Below are positions 1 through 13,500 of a stretch of DNA of 64,000 nt, piece after piece. Location: NCBI GenBank assembly GCA_002633005.1, contig NMRA01000461.1, positions 232,864 to 296,863 on the forward strand, in the 5' to 3' direction. This DNA is from Phoronis australis. Lineage: Eukaryota; Animalia; Phoronida. How positions within the stretch are numbered: position 1 is the first letter of the stretch; every line of letters begins with the position of its first letter. The notes beneath the pieces were generated by a model, which did not search any database, was not told the origin of the DNA, and saw only the letters and a list, made by a program, of their open reading frames with translations. Position numbers and translations under genes: made by a program.

Positions 1-1442
1 CCCCCCCTAAATCCGCCTATGAAGATACAATACCAATCCCGTTGACCAGTACGCTGCTTCTGTTCTGAAGGGCCAGACCATATAGTGTGACACTTTCCTC
101 GCAAGACCAGCAAATCTTGCGTTCTTTTTGAAGCACTGCGGAACGGTTTGAAGTGTCCACCCACAGCTAAATACCGACAAAGCGGCGAGGCTCGGGGTCT
201 ACTAGAAACTCCTCGCACAATGATTTTTTCAGGATTGTCGGATATTATTGATACATAGAATGCAGTACTGTAGAATTTTAGAACTGTGAGGTAAGACATT
301 TTTCGCACAAATACATGTATATACACATTCATGGACTGGGCGCTTATTTTAGCGAAGTCTGAAAACGAGTGGGGACGCTTATGGGGACATGGGCGGTTAT
401 TAGGACGAATGTTATGAACATAATTTTGGCTAAAATGACATTGTACATTACGATAAGAACTCAGTTCCAAGAAATATGGTATTTCATTTGCCATGAGCGC
501 ATGGACCGGTCTTCCACCTTTCTCCCCTTTTCTTCGTTTCGGACTAGTCCACAAATTCTTTGTGCACGACCACACACTGTGACTTTTTTGACGAATAGCG
601 TAACGGGTGACATGTACTGAATGGATACGGTCGCACTGCGCCGATGTTTTTACTGCCGGACCATCGACACGATGACCAAACTGAACCTTAAATTCATGAT
701 AAAAACAGCACAAGGAGGAGGAAAATTATTCATATTCATCTGGGAAACAATTTATAGTGCTTTTGAGTTCTGAAATTCGCTCGCCACCTGGGCGACCGGC
801 AAGTCAACTTCTACTCACCCAGCACCATTTTTACTCGCATTGGAGACAGGGCGAGTGGCTAAATATATCCCTGGGAAAGACACCGACGAGTTATTACTGA
901 AATTGGTACGTTCAGGCACTGCACAGTACACCATGGCCAGCTGATGATCACTCTCAAGGTTTTATCAGTGTGACTCGTTTTCGATCAGTATTTAAAGATG
1001 TCGCTTTCGTGAAATGGGTGAATAGAGCCTTTGAAATATATACCCTCTTTTGTGTGTGTTTTCTATGAAAAATTCGAGGTATCAAACATTTGTACCTGGT
1101 AATCTTTGTGCTACAGAGACGCACCCTGACAGCACAATATAAAACTAAACACACACCTAGCTCGTCTTTGAGTCAACTTAATCTTGTTAAGATTATTTTA
1201 AATTACAAGTACATATGTATCTAGGGCAACCAAAATCGTGTTCTTACTAAAGGTAACCTTTACACAGTTGTCCCATCCTTTAATGTCTTAAAGGGAGATG
1301 TAAATTAACGTCTCATGCTACATAAATGACGATGACCCGCCACGTGGCTTTAATAAATGTAGGAGCAAACAGAAACATATTTGTAGTGTCTGCATAATTT
1401 GCAAGTTACTTTAGCAATTGACATCCCTTCGTGTAATTACAG

Positions 1443-1552
1443 ATTGCGGTGGCGTCTACGGGCTGAATACTGCTTACTCCACAATTACCATAGAAAGCCC
1501 TAATTTTCCAAACAACTACGATTTAAACAAAGTTTGTGTCTACGTATTCAAG
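1443..1552 (+). CDS. Gene 1 exon, CUB N-terminal part
   Basis: ttacag|ATTGCGGT...TTCAAG|gtatgt; DCGGVYGLNTAYSTITIESPNFPNNYDLNKVCVYVFK. Confidence 0.88.
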
Positions 1553-4500
1553 GTATGTCTTTTTGCGAACAGAGCGAAGCTCCCATTGCAATGGATTTCA
1601 AGACGTTGTTCATCGATGATATAGTAAAGGACTTTTTTTCCAGACATGATACGAGCAGAGGTCATAAGATGAATTTATGAATGCCTGAAGACTTACGTAA
1701 GAAGTCATTGTTTTGCAAACGTAAACCCAGATCCGTCAGTCACAAAATGCACAGTGTGCAGTGGCAATATGCGCAACATTCTCTTCTCAAGCAAGCAGTG
1801 TGGACATGGAACCAAACAAAACCATGAATACTTTGCGTTTGGTCTATTACTCTCATTATATGAGCGTCAAAGAAATGACGCGACAAAGAAAATCTGCAGA
1901 CCATTTAGATTCTTATGGACTTCACTGGAAAAGCTGTTATATTCAAGATATAGACAGTTTGTAAATGTCATGCCGTTCTAGTCGCTACTACATGACTTGA
2001 TTCAAATAGAAACTCCCGCGTTACTTTATCAGCAAGTAGGTTTTGTCAACAGGTATCAAGTATTCAAAATTTCCCGGACTGCGCAGTGAGGATAAGATTG
2101 TGCTCAACGTTCAGTGACAAAGCACATTATTTTTCTACCCGACCCAATAAGAATTTCCAGGTCCACATATTTTTCGCTGAGCATTCGTTAGACTACGGAG
2201 TTAAATTTCAAGTATTAAGGACATTTGGAAGATACTAATGTATACTTTGTTCACAAGAACTTTTTGGTTGAAAACCAATCATAGTACTGATGAAGTTTCA
2301 ATCACAGCGTCACCCGTTTTAGGCACCAGAAACCCCTGGAAGTGGTGTGCAACTGACCTTCACTGACTTTGATGTGACTGGCTCGCCCGACAAATGTGAC
2401 CACTTTGTGCAGATCAATGCAAATCTGATTGGACAAAAAGGAGTCAAGTGAGTGGGCAACTGGACAACTATTTATTTTGTAAAAATTAGCCACCACCGAG
2501 GAGTGCCTTGATTCTCTCACAAAGATCATTGATTTGTAATTATGTCCTCATCTTTAAACAGCATGACCTCATGTGCGCTGGGTCGTGAGGCGTAGTTGTA
2601 CTAATCTCGTCACCAAAACGAAGAAATATCTAACAAGTAATCGCGTTGAAAGGAAGCCAGTGAAATCTTAAGTGGAACTTGCTTTCATTCTCCTAAGAGC
2701 ACACTGATCGCTCGCTTCTAGCCCCACGGTTACCAAAGGCTTCTAACAATTAAAATGAGATCTCACTTTGAATAATCTGGCAATACGACTTTAAAATGTA
2801 TAACAAAAATATTATTGATCACCTAAGAGGAAAATGCCTGTGGCTTTTGACAGGGGACTTTATTCAATGAGTCGAATTTCTCCTCTTCTCAGCTTGTATC
2901 TAAATATAGAAACTTATCGTCTTGTCTTATCTGCATGTAACTTTAAAGTTAACGTATTACTATTTTACCGCCCTATGCAACATTGTTTTAACAGGTATTG
3001 CGGTAGTTTTGGGGATTTGCCACAGGGCGTCAGCACCTTTCTGGACCACAACTCTACAGAGATGATGGTGATATTTAACACGAAGAATACTACAGCTGGT
3101 GCAAACAAAGGGTTCAAGTTCACTGCAAAAGTTGTTGGTGCAATTGGTAAGGAATTAATGGGTCAGAATATGCAGCAATATACAGTTTAACAGTTTGCCT
3201 AAAATAATTACATTTCCTCCAAACCTAGGATAGTCGTGTTTGTGCTCCACCCTATCACATAGTTGCAGTGATGATACCAGGGGCGGATCCAGGAGTTTGA
3301 GTTAGGGGGGGGGGCAGGGCCCGGGAAAAAACAGAACTTCGGCAGATGCGCGCGCCCAGCCTAAAATGGGGGGGGGCGAAGAGGCCTCCAATGTTTGCGG
3401 TTGTGGACCTGTTGATTAAGGAAAAAAAAGAAAACGGTAAACGGGGTTTGTTCAGTTTGCTCAGGTCCTATGCATTGTTTATTCACCTGCTTATGCGCAT
3501 CCGAACTCCCAAATGGTATCTGGTAGATTTTAAGCGGGGGCATCGCCCCCTTGCATCCCCTAAATCCGCTACTGGGTACTGCCTCATTTTCATTCGCAAT
3601 TAATTTAAACAAATTGCAAAAAGCATATTGCTGGTTAGAAACTATTAGGATTTTGGTAATCGATGTACTGTAAAACATAAATGCCAAGCCCAGCATTTGT
3701 CGTTGGAAGTGCATGGAGACTATAGAGTGGCCAGCAAACGGTACGTAGCTGCACATTTTCTGCCTAAAAGGCGGAAGCCGACAGTGAGCTTGTACGCTTT
3801 CTTTGGAAAATGTTCGCAAGGGAAGTGAGCACAGCTCAAGGCAAAATCATAATGTCATGAATGACTCATTTATTACCGCTTCAAGTAAAGATGAGGGATT
3901 TAGACCAGCGGGAGAGCCCATGTTAAACTTTCATCACGAGTGTAGGCCATTTTTTCACCAATCGATATTGGTGTCGTGCGGATCGAAATTAGATCCGGGC
4001 CTCGGTTGTAGTGGCATCACTATAACAAGTTTATTTAGTCATGCATGGTTTCCTAGAAAAACATGCTAATGATGTACTCCTACCAGTTGATATTCAGTCG
4101 TATTCGATCATGATGATCTCGAAATGGGCTTTTGTAGTACTTTGGGGTGGTGAGTTTAAAGGTGATATATATATATATATATAGAACAAACTACAGCGTG
4201 TAGTAGATCATTACGGAATCTGAACCTGAGATAAAGGACCGCACTATAGGGAGATATCACGTGATTGTCGTTCCGTTTGAGATGATGAGGTCTATCACTT
4301 TTGAACCAATTCCATCAACTCGTTATTAAGGTTCTGACGTATGAAACTACCTTGTACCATGACTGTTTGCCACCGATGACTATTGACGACATCCCTTGTG
4401 GTATTTTGGCTGTGTCCATATACGTGTACTGTGCAATGTGTACCTGTACCTTTCATGAAGCCTACAAGCACCCCAAGAAAAAAAGCATGTGATAAAAAGT

Positions 4501-7500
4501 TCCGTATATTGAGTCTTTGTGATGCTAACTCTGTAAAATGCAAGCTTGGCAGAATATATTTGGAAGTTTTAGACAAAAACGTGATACGTACCTGTTCTTG
4601 GAAGCAAAACACTTCTAACATACAGTAGGCACCCTACATAATGTATTTATTAGTTGTACCCAAACACGATTGTTGTACTATGTTTGAAAATGTCAGTCAT
4701 AACTGGAAGCTTACGATGTAGATTGAATTTTAAGAGCCTGTGACCCATCTTTCAAAAGAGAAGAGACACTGTGGTCTGGTCGATAAGTGCCCACTTTCAT
4801 TACTCGAGGTCGTGAGTTCGAGTCACACTGCTAAACCCTTGAGCCAGGTTTCCAGCTCAACAGCTTGGTTTTAACCATATATTAAGAAATCATAAAAAAT
4901 CTTTCCAGGTGATCAGTGCCATGGGCCCACATACCAGGCCTGCGCACGTCTGGTACAACATGTATCAGACCGCCTGCACTTATTCTTTTAGCTTTCAAAA
5001 CAGAGTAGGTACATGTACAAAAGTGGTGAGTGTTTTTGTATCGTTATATTTCAGTTGTATTCATTAGCGACCTAAAATGATAATGCGATGACCTTTTGAT
5101 CAGGGATATATATGTTTCGTCGGACATCATTAAGTCTTCATTTGCAGACGACCAGATATCGTGCACATTTAACGACGGTCACCTCTGTGGTTGGAAACAG
5201 GCTACCGATGACGACTTCGACTGGACACCACATTCCGTAAGTCAATCGTCACACCAAGTGCACCTTGCTACATGAAGAATTCAACAAAAATTGTCGAACA
5301 GCGGCTTCGTTGTGAAAGCAGCTTACTCCAAATTCTTGAGCGCCAAGACATTTTAGCAAAGTAGGCCTTATGATATAAGGCAAGCTAGGGTTTCCTCTAC
5401 TGCTTCATGCTAGTCTTAACACATTCCTGTCACCTATTTAGCACATGCATCAACTTTTTGAGCGCGTTGATCACCGCTTGTGTCACTTGCCCCGCACGTG
5501 GCTCCTCCTTTTGACGCATTCTCCCTAAAAAGCTTAATTTTAATTGGTGATCTGCTTCAAAAAAGTCGTTATCATAGTATGGTCAAAAGCAACGCAAGGG
5601 GGGGGTTGTGTATTGTTTAAATAAAAATCCCACGGTCAATTCAAATAAAATAAGCATCATATTAAATGGCTTAGGAATTCCAAACCCCTGTTCCTCGTAA
5701 AGTCCAAATGTTCAGCCGTCATTAGGGAGCCATATAGCAAAAACCACGTCGCATTATCACGCGTCACGTTGTTATTGTTGAACAAGGCACCTGGCGTTAT
5801 GCAAAAACTAAAGGAGCATGCCACCCAAAAAACAACCTAATTTTTATCAATTTAGATCGAGTAGTTCTACTCCGTAACGACACGTACGGTTGCGTTACCT
5901 GACACCTGACGGCAGACGGAGGTGTTGAAATTATCCAATGATGTCATCGGTTTCACACGCAGTCTGCTCAGCAGTTCTCAACACGGGTTACTGGTGTCAG
6001 CTTATCGCTTGAAGTCATCGTTTAACACCAATAAATCATCAAACTTCGATGTAAAACCCTTAAAAATACACCGAGTTCTTATAAAAACGTGTTCTTTTAA
6101 TTCGCTCATACGGATTTATTGGTATTTGGACACACGTAGCCTACAAAGTTCGGCAGGCCAATAAGGTCCGTAGCAGGAGTTTGGGGTCTGTTCGGAGATA
6201 ATTTCGAAGTATTTTCCGTGAAATACAGACACGGGAACTATTGTTGATTAGACTTGTGATTTTTTGAGTTCTAATCACAACATGCTTGTTATCCTTGCCA
6301 GTTGCTGGGAGCCCGATCAGGCCCGTCGCGGCCGGCCGGATTGACTCGTTATCCCGGCCAGTGCCTCGGAAACTGATCAGACATCACGAACATAAACCAA
6401 CCAAAGTTCAGTGGAAACTAAACTTCCAGCGAAGAAAATACTATACTAGTGAGCCAAAGTAATGTGCACGTGATTATGTTGGTAAATTAGCCACGAAACT
6501 GCAAATCTACTTACTCTTCGGGGGCCGCAAATTCAGGTTCCGCTTTGGCTACAGCACCGTCATGGCAGAAGTTGTACATTGATAATGATTATTTGAGTAA
6601 TGTAAATGTAAATAAATGTTCCCCTAACACCTGGCCGTGGGATGGAAATCGAGTTGTTTCACAACAGTTTCCCACAGCAAACAATAAATTAGCATGAACT
6701 CAAACGGCCTCGGTGTCCCGTCAAAAAGTAAAGCCGGTAACGCAGTGATTTATTCAATTGCTGGCTTCTCAAATCATTTGCACTCACGAACACTCCAAAA
6801 GTATTACAAATTGCATCTAATGAGACAGGCTTTGTTTCATTATTATATAAGTATTGGTTAGGGTGAGAATAATTCATATTGAAACAGAACGCTCAGTAAT
6901 AAAAGCCAACATGGCAACTCGCAATCCCGACTTAGGACTAGCTAGAGCTCATCACTCCCGACTTCGCAGGTGGATCGTTAAGTTTTACAGACTATCAATA
7001 CGAACAGGAATACAGTGATGAAGCAATACTAGAGAGGTACCATGAACAAGGTCAGACACCGGAACGTATGGAGTTATTTTGTAAGCCGGCATTCGTCAGG
7101 CACAGTCGACGTCTGCAGACCACAGACACAGAGATGTTTCACGGCCTCATACTTGTTATTTACAGCGTACATTTCATTCTTCACTACAATGAGCCACTTC
7201 CTAAGCATTTCGGACTCTCGAGGAAGTAAAAAAACGATATACCCGCTTTCCTCGCAGCTGCTTATTTCGGACAAGCGGGAACGATGCAGCGCAACATAGC
7301 GGCATTAACTCTGCATATGAACCACTGACGTCGCTAGCGTAGTTTGTCACCTTCCTCACAGGTTAATGCGACACCACTTGGCAAAGTAAGGTCGACCGTA
7401 TGCGAGACGATGTGGATATAGACCGATTAAGACGGCAAAAAAGACTAATTAAATCGGCTGGCATTCTCATTTAATCTTATCCAGTGGATATCTTTTGAGG

Positions 7501-10500
7501 CTTTATGCAACTCAGCCCAGGTGGACACGTACAGCAACAAAGACTATGGGTTAGAACTCAAACCACTGTATTTGAAATCACAAAAATTGCATTGATTTTT
7601 CCGCTTTGCTTAATGAGGTTAATAAAGTTTGCTGGTCTCCCCCAACCTCAAATTCCTGCGATATCACCGTTTACTTTTTGCCATACAGCGCACTGACAGT
7701 ACACATATTTTTTGACACGAAGGTGACATAACCAGTTTCTTTTCAATTTATTTCAATATCTCGAGATCCCAATTTAATTATTTCGTGGTCTCTGAATCCC
7801 AAATTGTAGCCTACAATTTAACTGGTGTCAACTGATGCTGAACGTTGTGTTAGCACTATGCTGAATGCGTTGGCCTACGTAACAACCCACACCCTGATAT
7901 TCTATGACGTCTGAGTAACACGCGTTTAAACACGCATGCGCCTGTATTAGTCAGTGACCGAACGACACCGAGCCTGTGATATTGAAATATTGAAACCATC
8001 TCATTGCATTATACGTAAATCCAGTTTTGAATTATTTTAATATTCGCCATGAGCTAATGGTTCATGGTTAATCCAAATTTTCTAACCCTTTCCAGGGCTC
8101 CACGCCAACCAAAGGCACAGGACCTAGCGGAGGGGATCACGACACTCCTTACATCTACGCAGATGTATTCGAACCTGTTAGAAAAAGGGTCAAAACCACG
8201 ATATACACGGACTACTTTGCAAGTACGGTGATGGAATACTGAAGGTTAAATTGCCTATCCATTTAATGTCTAAACAAAATATCACGAAATGTCGGAATCC
8301 GTTTTACCCCTATCAAACTGATGGCGACGAGTACCCATAATTGGTGGTGGCGAACTAAATTCATGCAGGAAGAGGGTGGAGGGCGATAGAGGGGAAGGGG
8401 TGGGGTAGAAAGGAGGGGGAGAGGAGCAGATGGTGAAGCAGAGAGAGAGAGAGAGTCCGGGAGATTTTGCGGGTGACCTCTACCAATCCGGGTCGCAAGA
8501 AGCGTGGATTGGGGTGAGACGCACAGTACTCTGTAGGTGCCAGGAGACCTATCGTAGAGGGTGGCAAGTGACATAGTTAGATAACAACAATCAAATAACC
8601 AGAACTAATGGTTAGTATTAGAGGAGAGATAAGTCGAAGTGATAAAACGAACAAAAATGTCTATTCTAATCAAACAATGCCCGATTTAGCATTTTTTCCT
8701 TGGTCATTGGTTAGGTTATCCATGTTTAATTGCTGAACCATTACGAATGCTAAACACGTACGTGGGATCGGACGCTTACCACTTCTGGAAAAAGTGCCAA
8801 AACTCGATTTCAAAACGTAGCCAATGCAATTTAAATCAGTAAGTTCGGTAACAGTTTTTCATTCCCGTAAATTGATTGGAAACATGATTGAACTTTTTGC
8901 TCGACAGTTTGAGGTACACTAGCATATACCTTCTTCATAACTCCCGGTCTTCAAGTGTGCAATTGTAAAGCAAACTGCGAACATACAAGTTAAAACGGTA
9001 TTTTTCGAGAGCACACAATGTCATGATCATCCTCAGGATATTAGTGAACACGTTAGAAATTGTGTCTCGGCTGCATGTAACGTGTTGCACCTTGCCCGAG
9101 TATTCTCTTGAAACGCTACGTGTCACAGCGTTTTCCTTCACGACGCTCTAAGTTCCTTCTAGTGAACTTATTACAGCAACTAGTAAAATGTAATATAGCA
9201 GTTGGTACATGTATACTGTAGTGTGTGGATGGTTGGTTTCAGAAGTGGCCAACTGCACTGTCCTTCAAAGAGCGCAAGTCATAGAAATTGGCACGTTGAA
9301 ATTGAGACGTTTGGTTGCTGATGGTAGCTATCCTGCTTGCGTGTTATCTAGTGTACATGTACTTACATGTAATTATCAACAGTTTCATTTATGTTAAATT
9401 AGGGTTAAACAATGAATTAATTACTGGTTATATCATTCTATGCCCATCCACACACAACCATGCTCTATTCTGAGACATGGCCGAACTCTATCTGCGTCGT
9501 CTCACCCATGGCCTAGGAGCTTGCGACCTGGCACATCGACTATAAGAAAAGCGATTTTCGCGAGGATTAGCCAGTCTGCAATCTTTAGCAGGAGAAGCCA
9601 AGCGGCTCTGCAAAGCCAGAGGAAATATTTCCCGAATATTATATTTTTATCTGTACACCTCTGTGGCACTTGTTATGACCATGCAGCCTAAGTTATCTTT
9701 TTCAGCTGGTGAATATTCTTTCTCCTTCAAATGGCACATGTTCGGTACTCCTCGTATGGGTACTCTACAGCTGAGTATGGTGACGAAAAGTGGTAGTGAG
9801 ACCGTCTTGTTTCGAAAGTCTGGTAACCCTGACAATGCATGGCTATCGTCTGAACAAAACTTTACAGCCACCGAAGAATCGAAGGTGACATTATATTGAG
9901 TGTGTAGGGGAATCTGTGCTTAAACTCGTAGATAATTGGCTACTCCAGCAGCGCTTGCGTAATGAGAAAAAGTTGTTGTGAGCAACCTTATAGTACTTCA
10001 CAGTCTTGTTCTGATCCCATGCTTGTAAAGCAGCCTATGTTAGATGCACCTGTGTACTTTTGGGCATTTTGTTTCCCCAGCACGCGTTCTTGAATAAAGA
10101 CAGTGAATGTTGGAATGATGGCGTAAACTGAAGTGTGGTCAGCCTGTGTCTGAGATCATAACAACCAATTTTCAAACCGTGCTGACAAGAACTCATTTAT
10201 GCATTGTTAAAGACAAATTGTTCTGGACTAAAAAATACTTTTTTGCGTTGAGCAATCAATTCATTTGCACAGGCAAGTCTAATGATAATCTGATGTCGAT
10301 CATGAAAATTCAATTCATCGCAAGATGGTACAGTAGCTTGGGTTGGAATAGTTTATATGACATACGCATACAGGTAGGGTGGACGCCCACCAACAGGCAC
10401 GTACACACCCACACGCTCAAGATGATGCACACGGTCATAAGTACGTCCACATAAACGCTCAGCCCCCCCCACACACGCAAACACACACGCATACACATAC

Positions 10501-13500
10501 ACACACGTGCACGTAAACACGCACACACACGCACGCGCACCTACATGTACGTTGACATGCTCAGACACACGCTTACCTCGGTACGCATACAACACACGCA
10601 CGTCAAGATGCATCCAATATATACCACTGAACAAGTTTATATTCAGCTAACGCTTTGACATCTGAACTGTTACAGCTTGTTTTCACTGGCACTAAGCGTG
10701 GATCGAGGAAAGGTGACATCGCGCTGGACACCTTTGTGATGAAAAAGCGTGGTGACTACAGATTGGTTCTGTCATGTGACTTTGAAAACGACAGCCTATG
10801 CAGTTACTCGACCGATCAAAGAGGTTACAATTGGTTGACAGCAGAAGTAAGTTGCCTAACCCCATATTGTCCATGGATCAACAAAGGGTCATTTCGGAAT
10901 GCAAAGCCGCACGCGAGTCAATTGTATTGTGAAATCCTGAGCTGCGTTCCGTAGATTTTGAGATATTGGTCTGCACTCACGTCCTAAAATCTCACCCTAG
11001 AGAGATCAAGTAATGGTTTTAATCCAATGAAATATATTCAAACATCAGCAGCCAATCACTAGCCAGGATAGTAAGCGTCTAGTTGGCAGTGCATTACGCT
11101 TAATGTTATCTCAAACATCAGTCACAAAAATGGCCATTATTACAATGTATCATAAGTGTCTAGGAAAATAGCTTATCTAAATTTTAGGGAAACTCCATAT
11201 ACAAACTATGTATCATGTAGAAAGAACCAAAATTAGCAGAGCCAACTTAAAAGTGTAAAACCGCGTGGATATTTGTTCACTACTTATCCGAGGTCAAAGG
11301 TTACAAGGCGATCTCCCTCCAGGTAAACAGCAGCTTTGTACGTGCATGTACATTATACTCTCCTTCCTTTCATTCACCGAGTCACCATAATAGAATCAAC
11401 GAGTTGCACTTAAACTGTATGATGGAACGGTGCCGGAGAAAACAAAGACAAAACGTACATGTAGTTTCGATCCTGATTGAGTTGTGAATCTAGATGCATG
11501 CGACCGTTGAGAACAAATGCTACGAGTCGCCTCATGCAAGCCTCCGAGACAAGTTTTGGAAAAAAATCAGTAAATCCTTACCCAAAGTCCAAATTTACTT
11601 TTCGCTGCGATCTCAAGCTTACGACATGCTTTTACCACGGACTCCATTTCTGTTCTACATCACTTGGTTTCGTATCGTTCTCAAGGCACGTGATGTGCAC
11701 AGACTTTGTTACTAACAATGAACTGTGACCTACATTTACTTTTAAGTAGGTCAAACAACAGTAACTTTTGGTCCCACCTCCTGGCTTGGTACGATACGTT
11801 GTATTGACAATTAATTTATTAATTACGCACTCTAATTCAGTTGACTTTGCAAGTGATTGTTGAAATAGCTAATATGTTAGGCATGTATAGGTTATATTTA
11901 GCGAACGATTTACCGAAGACCGAGATTTCCACTCGTCCCAGTTTAATCGGCTTTTTCTCGGGTTCGCAGCATCGTTTTTATTTGAACTTAAGAATACGAG
12001 TTCTCAAAAACGGCGTGCTTGAACTCGTTAAAACTTTTCAAACTTGATATTTATTTATCAGTCTCAAAAATACAGTTTGGATTTCTATATAAACGCCTAT
12101 TTTTGCGTACTGTAACAAATACGAATAGGAACTCAATGTTTTAAAAAATCCCTTACGTTTTGCGGTTTGATTTGTCCTATAGAAACCAAACGAAAGGACA
12201 AATCAAAAATTCCTAGCATCGTTTTTGAGCTAACTGGTGAAGTTTTCCTTCATCAAATGATTTCATTAAACTTGACGTACAGGTTATTTTGCAAGGAATG
12301 TACCTTTCTTAAAATTGAACGTTAAAGTAAAATTTGAACAGAGTTTGGAAGAGTGTTTTGAAAAGTTAGACGTATTTACATTAAAGGAAACCATGAGTGC
12401 CGTTCCGCGTACCCAAAGTATTCGCGAAGTACTCGCTGCAAGATATATTCACGTATTTAACAGAAACAAGGACCCCTATCAGTTTATTGAACGCCACCGG
12501 CCTATTACCTTAGTGGCAGAGGTTTTTTTAGCATATATCACGAAACTTTTGCCTTAAGTCGCGCGAGTGTTCCGTGCTCTTGGGCCATCTTACGTCAACA
12601 AAGAGCATCATTGTCTAATCTTCGAACCGGCTCTCGAAACATTCCCTGTCCTATTTTAATTCGTACTTAAGTTAAGTGGCGTATTCTTTGGTCGAGTTCA
12701 TTATAGTTTAGGAGGTTGTACTCAGGTAGAACAGAATTGAAGTAAATTATTAAAATTAAATGTCCCGCATTCAATCCCGAAACCAGGTCCTTAACTGCCT
12801 GGACACGTACCAGGTGAGTAAATGTGAATACACTGTATTTGCCATTCATTGATACGTTACTTCTATGGCTTAGTCGGATACGACTTGAGCTTAGAGTGAG
12901 AGAATTCTGTTTCACTCCCTATAACAACATAGGTCCTCATGGTTTTCGTGTTGTTTCCTATTCGAATGAAAAATTGGGGCCAGTTCAAGAATGGGCCCAG
13001 TCGACAGATATAAGTAAACAAATAAAAATTTACACAAGCAATATGAAACTTCAGAACGATTGACCCTGTGATGTATTCAAACAACAGAAATGTTTTTCTA
13101 TCTATGAACACTAACCTACATGTATGAGAAACATTATCTCTAAATGTCCACGAAGAACGAACATCCAGCCATAATAAATTTCATTCCTAACAATGCCTAT
13201 TGATAAACGCCACAAAATACATTGGACCCTTTTTAAAACTGCCTCCCTCAAAAATTTGCTGTTTGAACGCGCGTCCGCTACCAGCACAAAGCCATGTTTC
13301 CCCAGATAGACTGTCGTATTACCACCCAGTGTCCAATTTCCGGTAGAAGTGTCAGACGACATATCCGAAACACCATCTCCCATTCCAATGTACCTGTTTT
13401 CCTTTATTTAATTTTTCGTGAGTGAGGACTGGAAGTCAGCTTCTTTCAACACCATCCAAATCAGTGCCTGATTAGTTCTCGGACCCGACATCATATCTTA

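Noticed and set aside
4909-5025. Possible extra exon (ttccag|GTGATC...GTG|gtgagt) between CUB and MAM1
   Set aside because: The required phase-1 frame hits a stop, there is no domain motif, and flanking exons already join in frame
8263-8574. Pro/Leu/Ser-rich ORFs
   Set aside because: Translations of a polypurine low-complexity tract
10310-10634. Cys/Val-rich ORFs
   Set aside because: Translations of a (CA)n-type microsatellite
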